A stretch of DNA of 64,000 bases, taken from contig OX597823.1 of assembly GCA_951406725.2 (NCBI GenBank), positions 25,916,001 through 25,980,000 of the forward strand. Direction: 5' to 3'. This stretch comes from Octopus vulgaris (lineage: Eukaryota). Below the pieces are notes generated by a model that saw nothing but the letters and a program-made list of their open reading frames with translations, had not been told where the DNA came from and ran no database searches. Numbering within the stretch: the stretch's first letter is position 1; each line of letters starts with the position of its first letter. Position numbers and translations under genes: made by a program. Positions 47,896 through 61,286 of the stretch are shown one piece after another.

Positions 47896-49328
47896 TTAAA
47901 GGTACATGCAGAGTGAAAGTCTTTGGATTTCACTTCTACTTAGCTTTCCATTTAAATAAATAATGTATGTGTGTGTGTGTAGAGGGGTGCATATATTATG
48001 GTGTAGATGTGTTTGTGTGTGTATATTATGCATATGTGTATACATGTGTACATTAAATACACACACACATATGATTGGCTTCTGTACTGTTTGTGTCTCC
48101 CATATTCCACTCCCAAAGAATTGGTCAACTTCAGGCTATAGTAGAAGATGCCAAAGGTGCCACATAGTGGGATTGAATGGAACCATGTAATTGCTAAGTG
48201 AATTTCTTAATTACATAGCTATACTTGTGGTTGTATGTATATACACTCACATATTTGCATGTGTATGTATATATACACACACACACATATGTAATATAGT
48301 GTTTGTTTTTATGTCAAGTTGTATATAGAAACAACTTAGCATTAAATTGAAGAATTACTCAATACTACAAAGAGTAGATGAGTGATTTATTTCAAAGCTT
48401 TGACCTGCTAGCTTTCATCAGACAATTTGATGAAAGCCAGCAAGCTGAGACTCCAAAGTCACTATCACTAACTTTCCTGTAAAAAGTTTAACAAAAATAC
48501 ACACACACACATATATATATATATATCATCATTGTTTAACGTCCGTTATATATGAATCTGTATATTTTATATAGAGCAAGTATGCACATACACATGATAT
48601 GCAAAAGAAAATATCAAGTTATATCAGGGATTGAAAGCCATGTTGTCTGCTGAAAGCAGGTTCTGTACCTAATAATTATATATTTTTGTTTTGCTTTGTT
48701 CTTCGCATTTGTTTAAAATACATTTATGTTTTTATGGTCAACATTAAAATAAATCCTCAACAGAAATATATTTCATATAATAATATATATATATAAATTA
48801 ATTACTTTCTAGCTAAGAAAGACTTTTTCACTTTAAATTACAAGAACTCAGCTAACGAAATAAGAGGAAGCCCCAGCATGGTTGCTCAACCTGCTGGATA
48901 TAGCAGCCAGATCTACCTTGAATCATCTGTTTTAAAAGAGTGCACATTGAATAGTGTTGTCCAAGGCACACTATACCAGGAAAAAAGAGTCTGGGATTTC
49001 CAGGCTGGAATTCTTCTGAGTGTGGGGTTTCCATCTATAGACTTCTCTCTTGTACAATACAATAAGAATTTCTGATGTCCCCTTTTACTCTCAGTATATT
49101 TGTGCTTCATACCTGTGCGTCTAAGGGCTTGGCACTAAAGTAGGGCATCAAACCCATGCCAGCCTAAAAAAATAGGCATTGAAACAATTATATTTGGTAA
49201 TATTTCAGCATGGAAAAATGAATGGATGATGGTATTTATATGTAACACAAGCCAGCATAGAGAAAGAGACATTAAATAAGGTTGATTATATTTTTACACT
49301 TGCATACATACATACATGTTTGTGTGTA

Positions 49329-49370
<42 letters not shown>

Positions 49371-49699
49371 AATGCCAGCATGGGCAACAGGCATTAAATG
49401 ATGATGATATATATATTGAAATGCAAAGTTGAGAATCTGGTAGGATTTGAACTTAGTGTGTAGAGTGTTGTATTTATGTACCACCAAAAATTCAGTCCTG
49501 CCCTGTACTGTTTCTGCCTCTCAACTGCCTTTTTGTATTAGATTAAGCACTGCAAATGCCAAGTTGGTAGGGTATTGAACTTTGAACCTGGATCTTAAAC
49601 TGTGTCCATAGCTAGAAATTGCTGCTAATTTATTGATACTCTTCACTGAACTTAGATTAGACACCATAATGGTGATAATGATTCCTGAGAGTGAGTACA

Positions 49700-52600
49700 G
49701 ATAAATAAACTGATACTTATTGACCCTAGAAGGATTTGAACTCGTTCTTCATCCACCACTCGCATAACAGTAATTATGTCTTGGTAATTGACCTCATGTC
49801 AGCACTTGATTTATTGATACCTGAGGAATGGGGGAGGAGTGGACCCCTGTAATATTTGAATCCAAACAGGAAAATTTTAATAAATCCCACAAGGCATTTT
49901 CCCCCTTTCCTAATAATTCTAATTTTAGTACCAGGCCAGTAATTTATAAGGGAAGGAGCAAGTTGATTACTTTGACCCCTGTACTTGACTGGCAGTTTAT
50001 TTTATTTACTCTGAAAGGGTGAAAGGTAAAGTTGACATTGATGAGATTTGAACTTAGAACAAAAAAAGTCATTAGAAATGCTGCTATACATTTTGATCGA
50101 TGCACTAATGATTCTGTCAGCTTGCTGCTGCCTTTGTCTCTTTTATATTAATAATTGTTTCTTAAATAAATACGAGACCAGAAATTTGAGTGGAGGTGGG
50201 GACAGTTGATTATACCAGCCCACTTGTGTACTTAAAACTTTTTTTTTTTATTGATCTCAGAAGGATGAAAAGCAAAGTTGACCTCAGCAGAATTTGAACT
50301 CAGAACATAAGAGAGAGACAAAATGCTGCAAGATATTTTATCCACAATGCTCTAATGGTTCTGTCAGTCTTGTTTCATAATGATAATCATTTGTAATCTA
50401 AGTACGAGGCCACAGCTGGAAGATTATATCAGTCCAATACTTCATTGTTAAATTATTCTTGGTGCTTTGAGTAGATGCAGTTAATTGCTGGTACTTTATC
50501 ATCTCTGATGCATTTTGTACTGTGCTTTACTGATTCAGTTATGATTCATTCTTTCAAGGGATAAATATTATTAACCCTTTTCCTTTACTATATTTTTGTT
50601 CAAATACACTGCTTTTGTTCCACTTACTTTTTAAAATAATGAATTTAGTAAAATAAAATAATTTTGTCATTATTAAGTTGTTGTTTAGAATATAAACATG
50701 AAATTTTGATATAAGGTTTTAATTTAGCTCACTTTAAAATAGGAAGTTTGTTTCATGGAACAAAGGTCAGTCTCAGTAGAGTGACAGACTGTCTTATGGT
50801 ATTTTAATTACATTCCTTTACTGTCTGAGTTCAAATCCTCTCAAAGTCAATTTTGCTTTGCATCCTTCTGGAGATCAATAAAACCAATAATGAACTAAAG
50901 TGATTTGATTGACCACCTCATCTCGTGTTGCCTTTTACTTAATATTGTGGTCACATCTAATCCATGCCAGCATGGACAACAGATATTAAATGACGTTTGG
51001 TAGAGTTGTTAGAGCATTGGAAAACTACTTTACAGTATTTATCTTAGCTCTGTGCTTTGAGTTCAAATTCCACTAGGGCCAGCCTTACCTTTCATCCCTC
51101 CAAGTTCACTAAAATGACATACCAGTCAAGTACTACACTTGGTCTATTTGACTAATCCTGCTCCACCAAATTTCAGGCTCTGTGCTTGTGTTTGAAATAA
51201 ATATGGATTATCTCTAATTGAGCAGACCTATAATCAAAGATATTCCAGTCATGACCGTCCAACTTTGTAGTATATCCCTATTTTATTTAATGCATCCTCT
51301 CTTTTTGTTTTCTGAATCTAAGATGAAAGCATGAGTAACTAAGTATGTGACTTGGTAGCTAGAGTGTTGCATCCACAATTGCAAGATAGTAGTTTCAATT
51401 CTTAGATTGGGTTGGTGCATTGTGTTCTTGAGCAAGTTGCTTCATTTCACATTGCTCCAGTCCACTCAGCTGTAGAGACTGGTGTCCTGTTCAGGGAGAA
51501 TGTGACTTTGGTCACATCTACTCTATTGGAACTGGGTAAATGGTCCTGTGAATCTTAGGATTCAAGACGTTAGTGTCTAAGGGTTGATGATATGTGACTT
51601 GAGAGAGATTTGACTGCTATTTCTAGCAGGTTGAGCTACTGCATTAAGATTCCATTCTTGACTAAACTGGGTGGTATGGCATGGTAGGTAAAAGTGTCTG
51701 ACTAAATGGTATACTGTATTATTGCTAGGTTCAAGGGTCAGCTTTGCTTTTCATTCTTCTAGGAGCTTGATAAAATATTGGTAAAATACTGGGGGTTAAT
51801 ATAATCAAGTATACAGTACCCCTTCCACCAATAATTTGCGACCTTCTGCTTATATTGGGAAACATTATTGTGGTGGATGGCAAAAATCAGTGAGCGTTAG
51901 GCCAATACTTTGAAATATTTACTCACAAGTTGGACTCCTGCCTTGCTTCCAAACCATTTTCCATCCTTTTGGGACTGATAAAATAAAATAGCAGCAAAAT
52001 ATTGTGGTTTAATATAATCAACAATAACTTCCCACAAAATGTGTTGTTCCTGTGTGACTTATATCAGAAATTATTTTTGATGTCTTATGTTCTGAGTTCA
52101 AATCCTGCCATGGTCAACTTTGCCTTTCATCCTTTTGAGGTTGATAAAATAAAGTATCAATTAAGTACGGGGACCATTCAATGTTAACAGACATGCTGGC
52201 CTTAGGCTTAAATGAGAAACAAATGTTATCATCACTATCAGGATGGTGGATCAGCAGAATCATTAGAGCACTGAACAAAACACCTTGCAGTATTTGTTCA
52301 GCTTTTATATGTTCCGAGTTCAAATCCTGCTGAGGTCAACTTTGCCTTTCATCCTTCTGGGGTCATCAAAGTAAGTACTAGTCAAGAACTAGGGATGTAT
52401 TTAATTAACAGCCACTTGCTTTCAAAATTGCTGTCCACGTATCTGAATTAGAAATTATTTTTATTCTAACAATCTTTTTTACTTCTCTTATATCCTTATG
52501 TATCATTTTGGAAATCTCTAGGTATGTTTTGGCAATATGTGAGACTAAATACATTAGAGAAGCTGATTTGGTAGCTAAACTCATCTTGCTTCAATACTAA

Positions 52601-52810
52601 GATATCAATTTTTAACATTGAAACCGGACCACAGATGTGTGGGAGAGTGAGATATAGTGGATTAAATTGACCCTAGTACTTGATTAACATCAATTCTGTG
52701 AATGAAATACAAAGTTACCCTCAGTGGGAATTGATGTCAGAATGTAAAGAGGCTTTTAAATGGTGCAAGGTCTGGTGCCCTTATGATTCTGTCAATCTAC
52801 TACATTAACA
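49700..52810. repeat. second SINE cluster: minus-strand chain (49700-50410), then plus-strand chain (50790-52460)
   Basis: GGATGAAAGGCAAAGTTGAC..ATTTGAACTC copies first, then GAGTTCAAAT..GGTCAACTTTGCCTTTCATCC copies. Confidence 0.8.
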
Positions 52811-54223
52811 ATAGCTAAGATATCAATTTGGTTCTTCATTTTTCAGTATGCCAAACTAAATACCTGCAATATATTATGGTCAATTCAACTGACTTCACCT
52901 CTTTTACCAAAAAACAAAACAAACTATTGTCTGAAAAAAATTAACAAAAATATAATAATGCAAACAACCAAGGTTTTGATACGGATGATCATCTCTCTTG
53001 TCAACAAAATTAACAAAATAATGACATTTTAAATAAACAGAAATATAAAAGAAAAAAGACACATTGATATTGAGTGAAAATCAGTTTTATAATAAAGAAA
53101 AAATAAAGAAGCTAGGTTCTTTCTGTTTTGTCTTTTTAAAATTATCCTGGATTAATTTTATTTTATTTTGTCTTTCAAAATCAAAATCAAATTTTAAGGT
53201 AAATAGATATAAACCACTGAGTGAGCTTGTTCAATGCAGCAGGTAAGTCTTTGAAAAAAAATCTCCTGTCTTTTGGAAACTAATTACTTTTTGAAGTAGT
53301 ACATTCAAATTCTTGAAATAGTATATCCCAACTTTTAGGATAGGATCTCCAAAGAAAAGTTGTGATAGGCCTGGTTAAAAAGCCAATTGAAAGATCGTAT
53401 CAGAATCTGATGCCAGTTATCTTTCTCACTATCTGGAACCACTTTACTTAACACCCAACTTTTATTCTTAATATTGTCATCCTCATTCATATTTTACATC
53501 GACCATCTTTTTCTACTACCGAATTATATCTTCCTCACCATTACCATACATTTCTCACTCTCCCTATGCGCTACATCTGTCTCCCACTACACTCTTGCAA
53601 GCCACCACCCTCTCTATTGTAACCCCACTCAGTTAATTTTGTGAGCAACATGGTGACTTCTGGTGTTATGAAAAAGCACCCAGCAGATTGTGCAAAGTGT
53701 TAGGCATTAAAAAGGGACATCCAGTCATAGAAACCATGCCAAAAGATTAGAGGTCAATGCATTCCTTGGATTTGTTGGATCCTGTCAGACCATCCAATCT
53801 ATGCCAGCTTGGAACATGGATGTTAAAAGATGAAGAAGATAATGCATATATACATCAATACATATACAAACCCACCTAAATATATATAAAGATAAATTAA
53901 ATATATAGATATACTATTGACAATCCAATAATTTATTTGTATTACAATATTACATTAAACACTATGAATATAATATAACAATATTATATAACATAAATAA
54001 TTATAAAAACCATAAAAGGCCAACAAATTGTTTCGACTTATATATATTTTTTCTGATATACATAATCACAGTTCCATTATATATAAAGTCACTTCAGGGT
54101 CAAGGTCTAGAAAAAGAAATTTTGTGTGAAAGGATGGCTGGTATCCAACTGATGTACCAGTGAATTGGATGTTTAACACACCCATTTGAAGGATTACTTC
54201 TCCTCACTTTCTTACTTCATATA

Positions 54224-54390
54224 TCATCGTCGTTTAACGTCCGTTCTCCATGCTAGCATGGGTTGGACGGTTCGACCGGGGTTCTGGGAAGCCAGAAGGC
54301 TGCACCAGGCTCCAGTCTAATCTGGCAATGTTTCTACAGCTGGATGCCCTTCCTAACGCCAACCACTCCGTGAGTGTAGTGGGTGCTTTT
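54224..54390 (-). mobile_element. young RTE-tail module (SINE-like or 5'-truncated RTE)
   Basis: CpG-retaining reverse complement of 17085-17250. Confidence 0.88.
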
Positions 54391-54392
54391 TA

Positions 54393-55282
54393 TATAAGCT
54401 GCATTCAAAACTAATGCCATGTGGGAAAAATCTCTTGGGTATGTGGTGATTCCACCCTTCCTGTGTCTGCGTGAAAATTTTAGTGCCAGTAGGCCACGTC
54501 AGTTCCCAGCTGTTATGCCTGAAGTATAGCTGTGTAGTGCGTGCTTGTCAGATTTTTGCATTCACCAAACACTTCCAGCAGAGGTATTGCATCAAGTTTT
54601 ACCAAAAGCATGGTGATGCCCAAGCTCAAACCATTCAGAAGATACAGCAGGCCTTTGGCGATGATGCCATGGGCAAAACTCAGATCAAGAAGTGGTACAA
54701 CTGCTTCAAACATGGTCACACCAAGTGGGGAGTGAGGCATATTCAAGCAGGCCATCAACAAGCTGAAATGAGGAACCAATTGAGAAGATTCAGTGATTAG
54801 TCATGGAAGGCAGTCATTTAACAATCCAGAAAATTATTCACAAACTGAGAATAAGTACAGGATCAATGCATTCCATTTTAGTGGAGGATTTGTGTATGCA
54901 GAAAGAGTCGGCAAATTTCATCCCCAACATGCTGGCAGAGCAACCGAATTAGCACAGCATGAAAATTACTGAGGGCATGCTGGACTGTGCAAACCACAAT
55001 CCAGACCATGAAGACCATTATCACTGGTGATGGGACATGGTTTTATGGTTTTTGCTTGATGCGTTCAGACATCCTGCATGAAAATGAAAATCTGATGAGC
55101 AAGAACTATGCATCAGTACTATAGGCGTAACAACTGGGAACTGTTGCAGCCTACTGGTGTGGAAATTTTCACATATGTGCAGGAAGAGTGGTTCCATCTT
55201 CCACCCAAAGGATTTTGCCCATGCAGCATTAGTTTTGGTGGGAAAAAGTAAAGTCAGATACTTTTTGAATTCACCATGTGTA
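54393..55282 (+). mobile_element. internally deleted mariner transposon
   Basis: QRYCIKF..K.G....TIQKIQQAFGDDAMGKTQIKKWYNCFKHG (mariner HTH) and ITGDGTWFYG; degenerate TIRs. Confidence 0.82.
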
Positions 55283-55461
55283 TGTACAATCTGTATATCA
55301 TCATCATCGTTTTAATGTCCACATTTCCATGTTTTCATGGTTTAGGTGGAATTCATTGAGGCAGATTTTCTAGAAGATATCTGCCCAGTTGTCAACCATC
55401 ACCTCTTTTCAAACAAGGCAATATTTCCCATACCCCAGACAAACATGCATACACACATATA

Positions 55462-56915
55462 TACACAATGTTCATGCTAAATATCATAACTTTTTTCTAT
55501 GTCTCATTTTTCAGGAGCAACTTTGGAGAGTATAAAGTTGTTGAGAAAACAGCTGACATGAAGGACTGGAAGTCATCTGAATATTGAAAAAGAGTTACTT
55601 GTATCCTGATGATTCATGTCAGGTATCAAAATGCTGACATCATGACCACTGCTCAATGCTCTGTGAACACTGTAAAGGCTGTAAGACATGACATGGACAG
55701 TTGCAACAGAAACTACAAAGCTGTGGCCAGCAGTTGGTGACAAAGGACACAGCTGGTGTTCTGAGTGCGTCCAAACACTGCTGTTTGTCCATCAACTGCA
55801 GGACAAGGTGATGGCAGATCCGAGCAAGGGAATCCAGGCTTGGGCAAGAGAGATGGGTGTTGGAGTCACCACTATGAAGCTGATCCTGTCTGTGAATTTT
55901 CACTACCACCTTGCACTAAAGGCACAAGGGACAAATTCTGATAGCCATGGTCAAGGAGATCCACTTGATAAAAGCAAAGAAATCCTGGACAAAATGAAGC
56001 ATCCTGTTGAGTTGGGGATGATCTAGTTCTCAGATGAAAAGAACTGCCGGGACCAGTTGCACAATACCCAGAACAACAGGTGGCTTCCAAAAATTCACGT
56101 GATGTCTCACCATGTTCCCCCAAACTGTGATAGTCTTTGGGTGCATCTCCAGTGAGGGTGGTGTCATACTACCCCACTGGTTAAGGCTGCTGAAGACTAG
56201 TCAAATTGGCTGCAGCGTGTTGCTTCTGGAAAGCTATATTTGTGGCAGCAGGATTGGCTGTGTAGTAAGTAGCTTGCTCACCAACTACATGGTTCTGGGT
56301 TCAGTCCAACTGCATAGCACTTGGGTCAAGTGTCTTTTACTATAGCCTGAGGCCGACAAAAGCCTTGTGAGTGGGTTTGGTGGACGGAAACTGAAAGAAG
56401 CCCATCATATATATATATATATGTGTGTGTGTGTGTATGTTTGTCCCCCCCAACATCGTTTGACAACTGATGCTAGTGTGTTTATGTCCCCGTAACTTAG
56501 TGGTTCAGCAAAAGAGACTGATAGAATAAGTACTAGGGTTACAAAGAATAAGTCTTGGGGTCAATTTGCTCAACTAAAGGCAGTGCTCCAGCATGGCCAC
56601 AGTCAAATGACTGAAAAAAATAAAAGAAGTACCTTTAGAAAAAGTCAGAAGTGGTTGTCAGAGAATTTCTATGACTTCATCAGACCCAATTTCTGGTCTC
56701 TTAATTCCCTTGACTTTAATCCCATGGATTACTCTATGTAGGGCATGGTTAAGAAAGACACCAACCACTCTGCCTGCAGCATTAAGGCTGAGCTGGTGGT
56801 GAAGATCAAGGAAGCATTTGAAGATCTTCCCAGGGACACAGTGAAGAATGCATATTCCAGGTTCCAGAGCCACCTTGAGGCTGTGGTGGAAGCTGAAAGT
56901 TACTACTTAGAGTAA
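55462..56915 (+). mobile_element. decayed Tc1/maT-like transposon related to 33420-34668, interrupted by a SINE
   Basis: FSDEKN..DQLHNTQNNR, VIVFGCISSEG, WQQD and W..NSLDFNPMDY motifs; the right boundary is unclear. Confidence 0.8.
56252..56628 (+). mobile_element. full-length tRNA-derived CORE-like SINE
   Basis: A-box-like TGGCTGTGTAGTAAG, B-box-like GGTTCAGTCC, CACTTGGGTCAAGTGTCTT core, internal microsatellite, A-rich tail. Confidence 0.88.
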
Positions 56916-56924
56916 AGTGTTATA

Positions 56925-57618
56925 AGACAAGTGAGACCATAACCCGTGGCCTTTACCAGGGGTGTAGCCAGCCAACTTATGTGTACCTTTCCTTCTTTGG
57001 ACACAAAACTCTGCTTGCGAAGACCTGTTGAGGCAAGTGAATTTGAAATAGAACCAAATTCGACAACTGGCACCCATGCCAACCTTCCTTCATTGGACAC
57101 TAAATTCTGCTTGCAAAGACCTGCTGGGGCAAGTGAAATTGAAATCGAACCAAATTTGATGACTGGCACCTGTGCCAGTGGAGCATTAACAGCTCCATCT
57201 GAGCGGGATCACTGCCAGAGCAGCTGACTGGCTTCCGTGCCAGTGGCATGTAAAAAGCACCATTTGAATGTGATCGTTACCAGCGTCGCCTTACTGGCAC
57301 TTGTGCCAATGGCACGTGAACAAAACATTCGAGTGAGGTTGTTGCCAGTGCTGCTGGACTGACTCCTGTGCAGGTGGCATGTAAAAAACACCATTTGAGC
57401 ATGTTGTTGCCAGTACCGCCAGACTGGCCCTCATGCCAGTGGCACATAAAAGCACTCACTACACACTCGGAGTGGTTGGCATTAGGAAGGGCATCCAGCT
57501 GTAGAAACTCTGCTAGATCAGATTGGAGCCTGGTGCAGCCATCTGGTTCGCCAGTCCTAAGTCAAATTGTCCAACCCATGCTAGCATGGAAAGCAGCCGG
57601 TAAATGATGATGATGATG
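56925..57618 (+). mobile_element. RTE 3' UTR with repeat array and (GAT)n tail
   Basis: Aligns with 16570-17260 and carries an extra internal duplication (56985-57080 / 57083-57170). Confidence 0.9.
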
Positions 57619-57799
57619 CATTATCTTGGAGCCTTGATATTTTTATGATGTGATCGTATATTTTTAAAATGACATTATATGATGTGTGAGGAGGCTAGAA
57701 CTGGTTAATTTAATCATGAAGCATAAAGGTAGGATATTTGGGCCAGATATGGACTGGTTAAATGCTAAAGGGTTAAAGTACCTTATAGAATTTAGTTTT

Positions 57800-60700
57800 G
57801 TCTTGGTATTCTGCATTTAAATCCAAAGAGAGAACAATCTATGGAAAATGTACTTGTCAAAAGGCATCTGTTTACTGACTTGAAATCTGCATATGTTGCA
57901 CTTTCATGTGCATGTCTGTTCATCCTCAGTCACTGCATGGGTGGTGTTGATAGATCATCTATCAGATTAGTAGAATGTGTCCCTTCTACAATAAGTAAAA
58001 GAGTACACTCTCCAAGCTGGTCAGATGAAAACTGGGTCAAGGAACAATAGTTTGGTGATAAAATATAATGGGTGATGTACAGGTTTGCCATTTCTGCCCA
58101 CCCTTTCAAGGATGGCTTCTTCTTGACCCACATATTCCTGGGTGAGACTGGCCATCTTTTTTGTAACCATGCCCCAGTTTCTATCCCCCAGGTAGTCAGG
58201 GCTAAATTAGATCCTGTGTAACATCATGCACCTGTTGGTCACCACTTCATATTTTTTTAAGTAGTATTGACCAGTTTGACTACTACGGTGCCTAACACCA
58301 ATATAAATATAGTGACATCATCTAGGTTGACATAGCTCTTCCAGGTCCTGTTTCAAACATGATGTCCTTTAACACTCGCAGATCTGCCTAAGATTGCACA
58401 GACCAGTGCTTTCCCAATCACACTGCTGACATTAACAGCAACTTCTTTACACATACCTTTGCTAAAATTTTAAACTCTGTACCAAGTAGAGTTGTAGGCT
58501 GAAAAATTATAGGTAATGCCTCCTTTGTTCACATTTTTCCATAGCAGTATTCTCTGGCTCACAGATGTAATTGTACAATAAGTAAAAGATGTTTAAGATG
58601 TTGGTGAATAATGCTCAAGGGGCAGATCGTATAAACCAGAAAATTGGCCCTTTGCACAAACGCAACCATATCCCAGCTGTTTTATCAGCTATTACTGGTC
58701 TTCTCCTGAGAGCCACAGCAGGCTATCAAAGTAGGCACTAAAATCCATTAAAGTTTTTCATCCATTGCTTTCCCAATACAGTTGAGTAGAGTGCCACTGG
58801 TAAGTTAAACACATCTGTACAATATCAAGTAGCATAAACCTGTATTGCTCTAACAAAAAATTAAATTGTGACTTTGTTGTAAATTCAAGCATCTATCAAC
58901 CACTCGTCAAACAGTTTTCATTCCTTCATGTTTAAGAGTATGCACCCTAGTTCTGACAATATAAATTTTGTTGTTCAGTGAAAAAACAGGATAGAGCCGT
59001 TTTCATTTTGGTTATGATGTCTTTCCTAATAAGCTCTTAAAATTTGCTGACTAGCTTCCCTCTAATTTTTTTTTACTCTTATTAACCCTTTCGTTACCAA
59101 ACCACCTGAAAAAAATTTTGGTTAATGTGACCAAACCGCCCAAAGCCGCCCGAATTTACCTATTCATATTTAAATGAGAATATCAGAGCAAATCTCTTTA
59201 GTACATTCAAGAAAATACGTTTTATACTTCGTAAACAGTTCAACTACAGTTTTGTACAAAAATCGAAGTGTAATTTTAATTCCGTGAATTTTGGGAGATT
59301 TTTTTCCGAAATTTGTTCCTATTGTGTTTTCAAAATTTGTAATTCTGACAAAAAATGGATACGAATTTCATTATATCAAGCAGCGAGTCAGAATTCGAAG
59401 GATTTTCTACTGAAGACCTTCATAAATCTAACTCTATGACTGAAAAAAAAAAGCATGTGGTATTTGATAATGAATCTGATGTTTCATTTTCCGAAAGTGA
59501 AAACAGTGAATCCGAGAGCTCCGACAGCGATAAAGAAAATGAATTGGCACCTGAATGGAGTGAAAATTTAAAAACTGTTTCTTTCGGTGATTTTTCTGAA
59601 GAAACTGGACCAAGCCACAGACTTACCAGAAGAGTAAAACCTTAGACTATTTCTTTTTACTTTTTCGAATGAGCCTATTTGAAATCATTACGGCAGAAAC
59701 GAACCGTTACGCTAAATGTAAACAAAACGAAAGAAAGGATACTTTGTGGTTTTTCATAACCTTAAATGAAATTAAGACTATTTTGCCATAAATATTATTA
59801 TGGGTATCAGAAAGTTACCCAGAATAACAGATTCTATCGTAAAATTTTGTTGTATACCCAATTGAATATTCTATAGCGATGTTTGAACAAAATTTTAATA
59901 ATTTTATATTTTGTTGAATTTACCTGTATCTACCTGCAATTAGAGTCACTTTGTGACAAAAATTATAGTATAGAATTGGTTGAGAACATTTCATTAAATT
60001 ATCTTCCAAAATTCACGTTAATATATTGATAAATAAAAAAGTTATAGTTGTTTAATGAAACCAGACTAAATTTATGATTATGTTAGAAATTAACTGAAAC
60101 ACATAAGGGTCATAAATATAGTAACGAAAGGGTTAAATCTGATTCTACTCTAATTACACTCTCTAGAGCATCTCACCACTGATTGGTTATGATTACTCCC
60201 ATCAACTGCTGCTTAACTAATTCATTAATCCAGTAGTTAGGTTTCTTTCTATGTATCCTATCTAGGTTGACCATGCAGATTACAAATTTATGATCTGAGT
60301 AGTCAACTGCTTGAAATTGTTGATGCCCTACACTGTCTCTATTCACTGATCTAACAAATATTCTATCTAGATATAATATGGAGGACTCAAGTTGGTTCAT
60401 ATCTACAATGGTGCATTTGTGAAACCAAGCCAACATCTGTCTAGCAGAATTATCTGAGAAAGTTAAGCATTTTACCACTCCTATTCAACATATTTACTCA
60501 CCCTTATCAGGTATCTAAAAAGCCAGTCCTTCATTAGTACTAAAAAACAGAACATTCACAAGAACACTTCTACATGCCTGAATATATCTGGTCACCCTAT
60601 CCCAGTTGATGACACATAGTACCACCTGCACCGCTTGTATTCAGTACTGCCAACTTAGTATCCAGGTCCAGCAAGATCATCTATATCTTGATATCCAAAC

Positions 60701-60880
60701 TTTTCTGAAACAACATTACAACCCAACTACTTGATCCAGGAAAAATAACAAGATGCGTGCATATTGTAGTTGTTGAATACCAGCATAAGCATATGTATCC
60801 TGAAAATCTTGGTTTTGTGAGGTTTCTTCCAAGCAGACTCCAGTCGAAATACATTTATACAATACTTCATGTTGGTCAGA
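57800..60880 (-). mobile_element. decayed Tx1/L1-clade LINE (APE + RT) hosting a piggyBac insertion
   Basis: YLDRIFV..SDH (APE end) in ORF 60173; minus strand FQPTTLLGTEFKILAK at about 58460-58505; W..KKPSLKGWAEMANLYI in ORF 57930. Confidence 0.78.
59086..60132 (+). mobile_element. internally deleted piggyBac element retaining the transposase N-terminus
   Basis: TTAA|CCCTTTCGTTAC ... GTAACGAAAGGG|TTAA; acidic ORF 59355, then in shifted frames PLDYFFLLF, ITAETNRYA and IIMGIRKLP. Confidence 0.92.
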
Positions 60881-61286
60881 GAAAAGAAATAAGAGAGGTC
60901 ACTTACTTTGGTTTTGAAAAAAGATAGTTAGTCTGGTCTTCTCAATGTAAGGAGGGGAGAATTTCTTGAAAAGCCTTTTATTCCCTTTTCACTGAAAATT
61001 CCAACAATACTTAGGAATTTTCTTATTAGAGACAAGTGGACTGCTTTTGATATCCTCAACAGAAATCTGTTTGGTAGGGTCCTGGGGACAAGTTTTTCAA
61101 AGGCATTCCATCAGTTCCTATTTCTAGTTGCAACAGTGAAATCAATGACAAGTCACTCCGTTTTCTTTTGTGGAAAGTTGCTGAGATGCTTAAAATATTT
61201 AGTGGAGTAGGGCACGACTGGTCACTAGCATAGTCAATAAAGGTATCAGATCCAACAACTGGTTTAGCAGCATCATTTAGCTGCAA

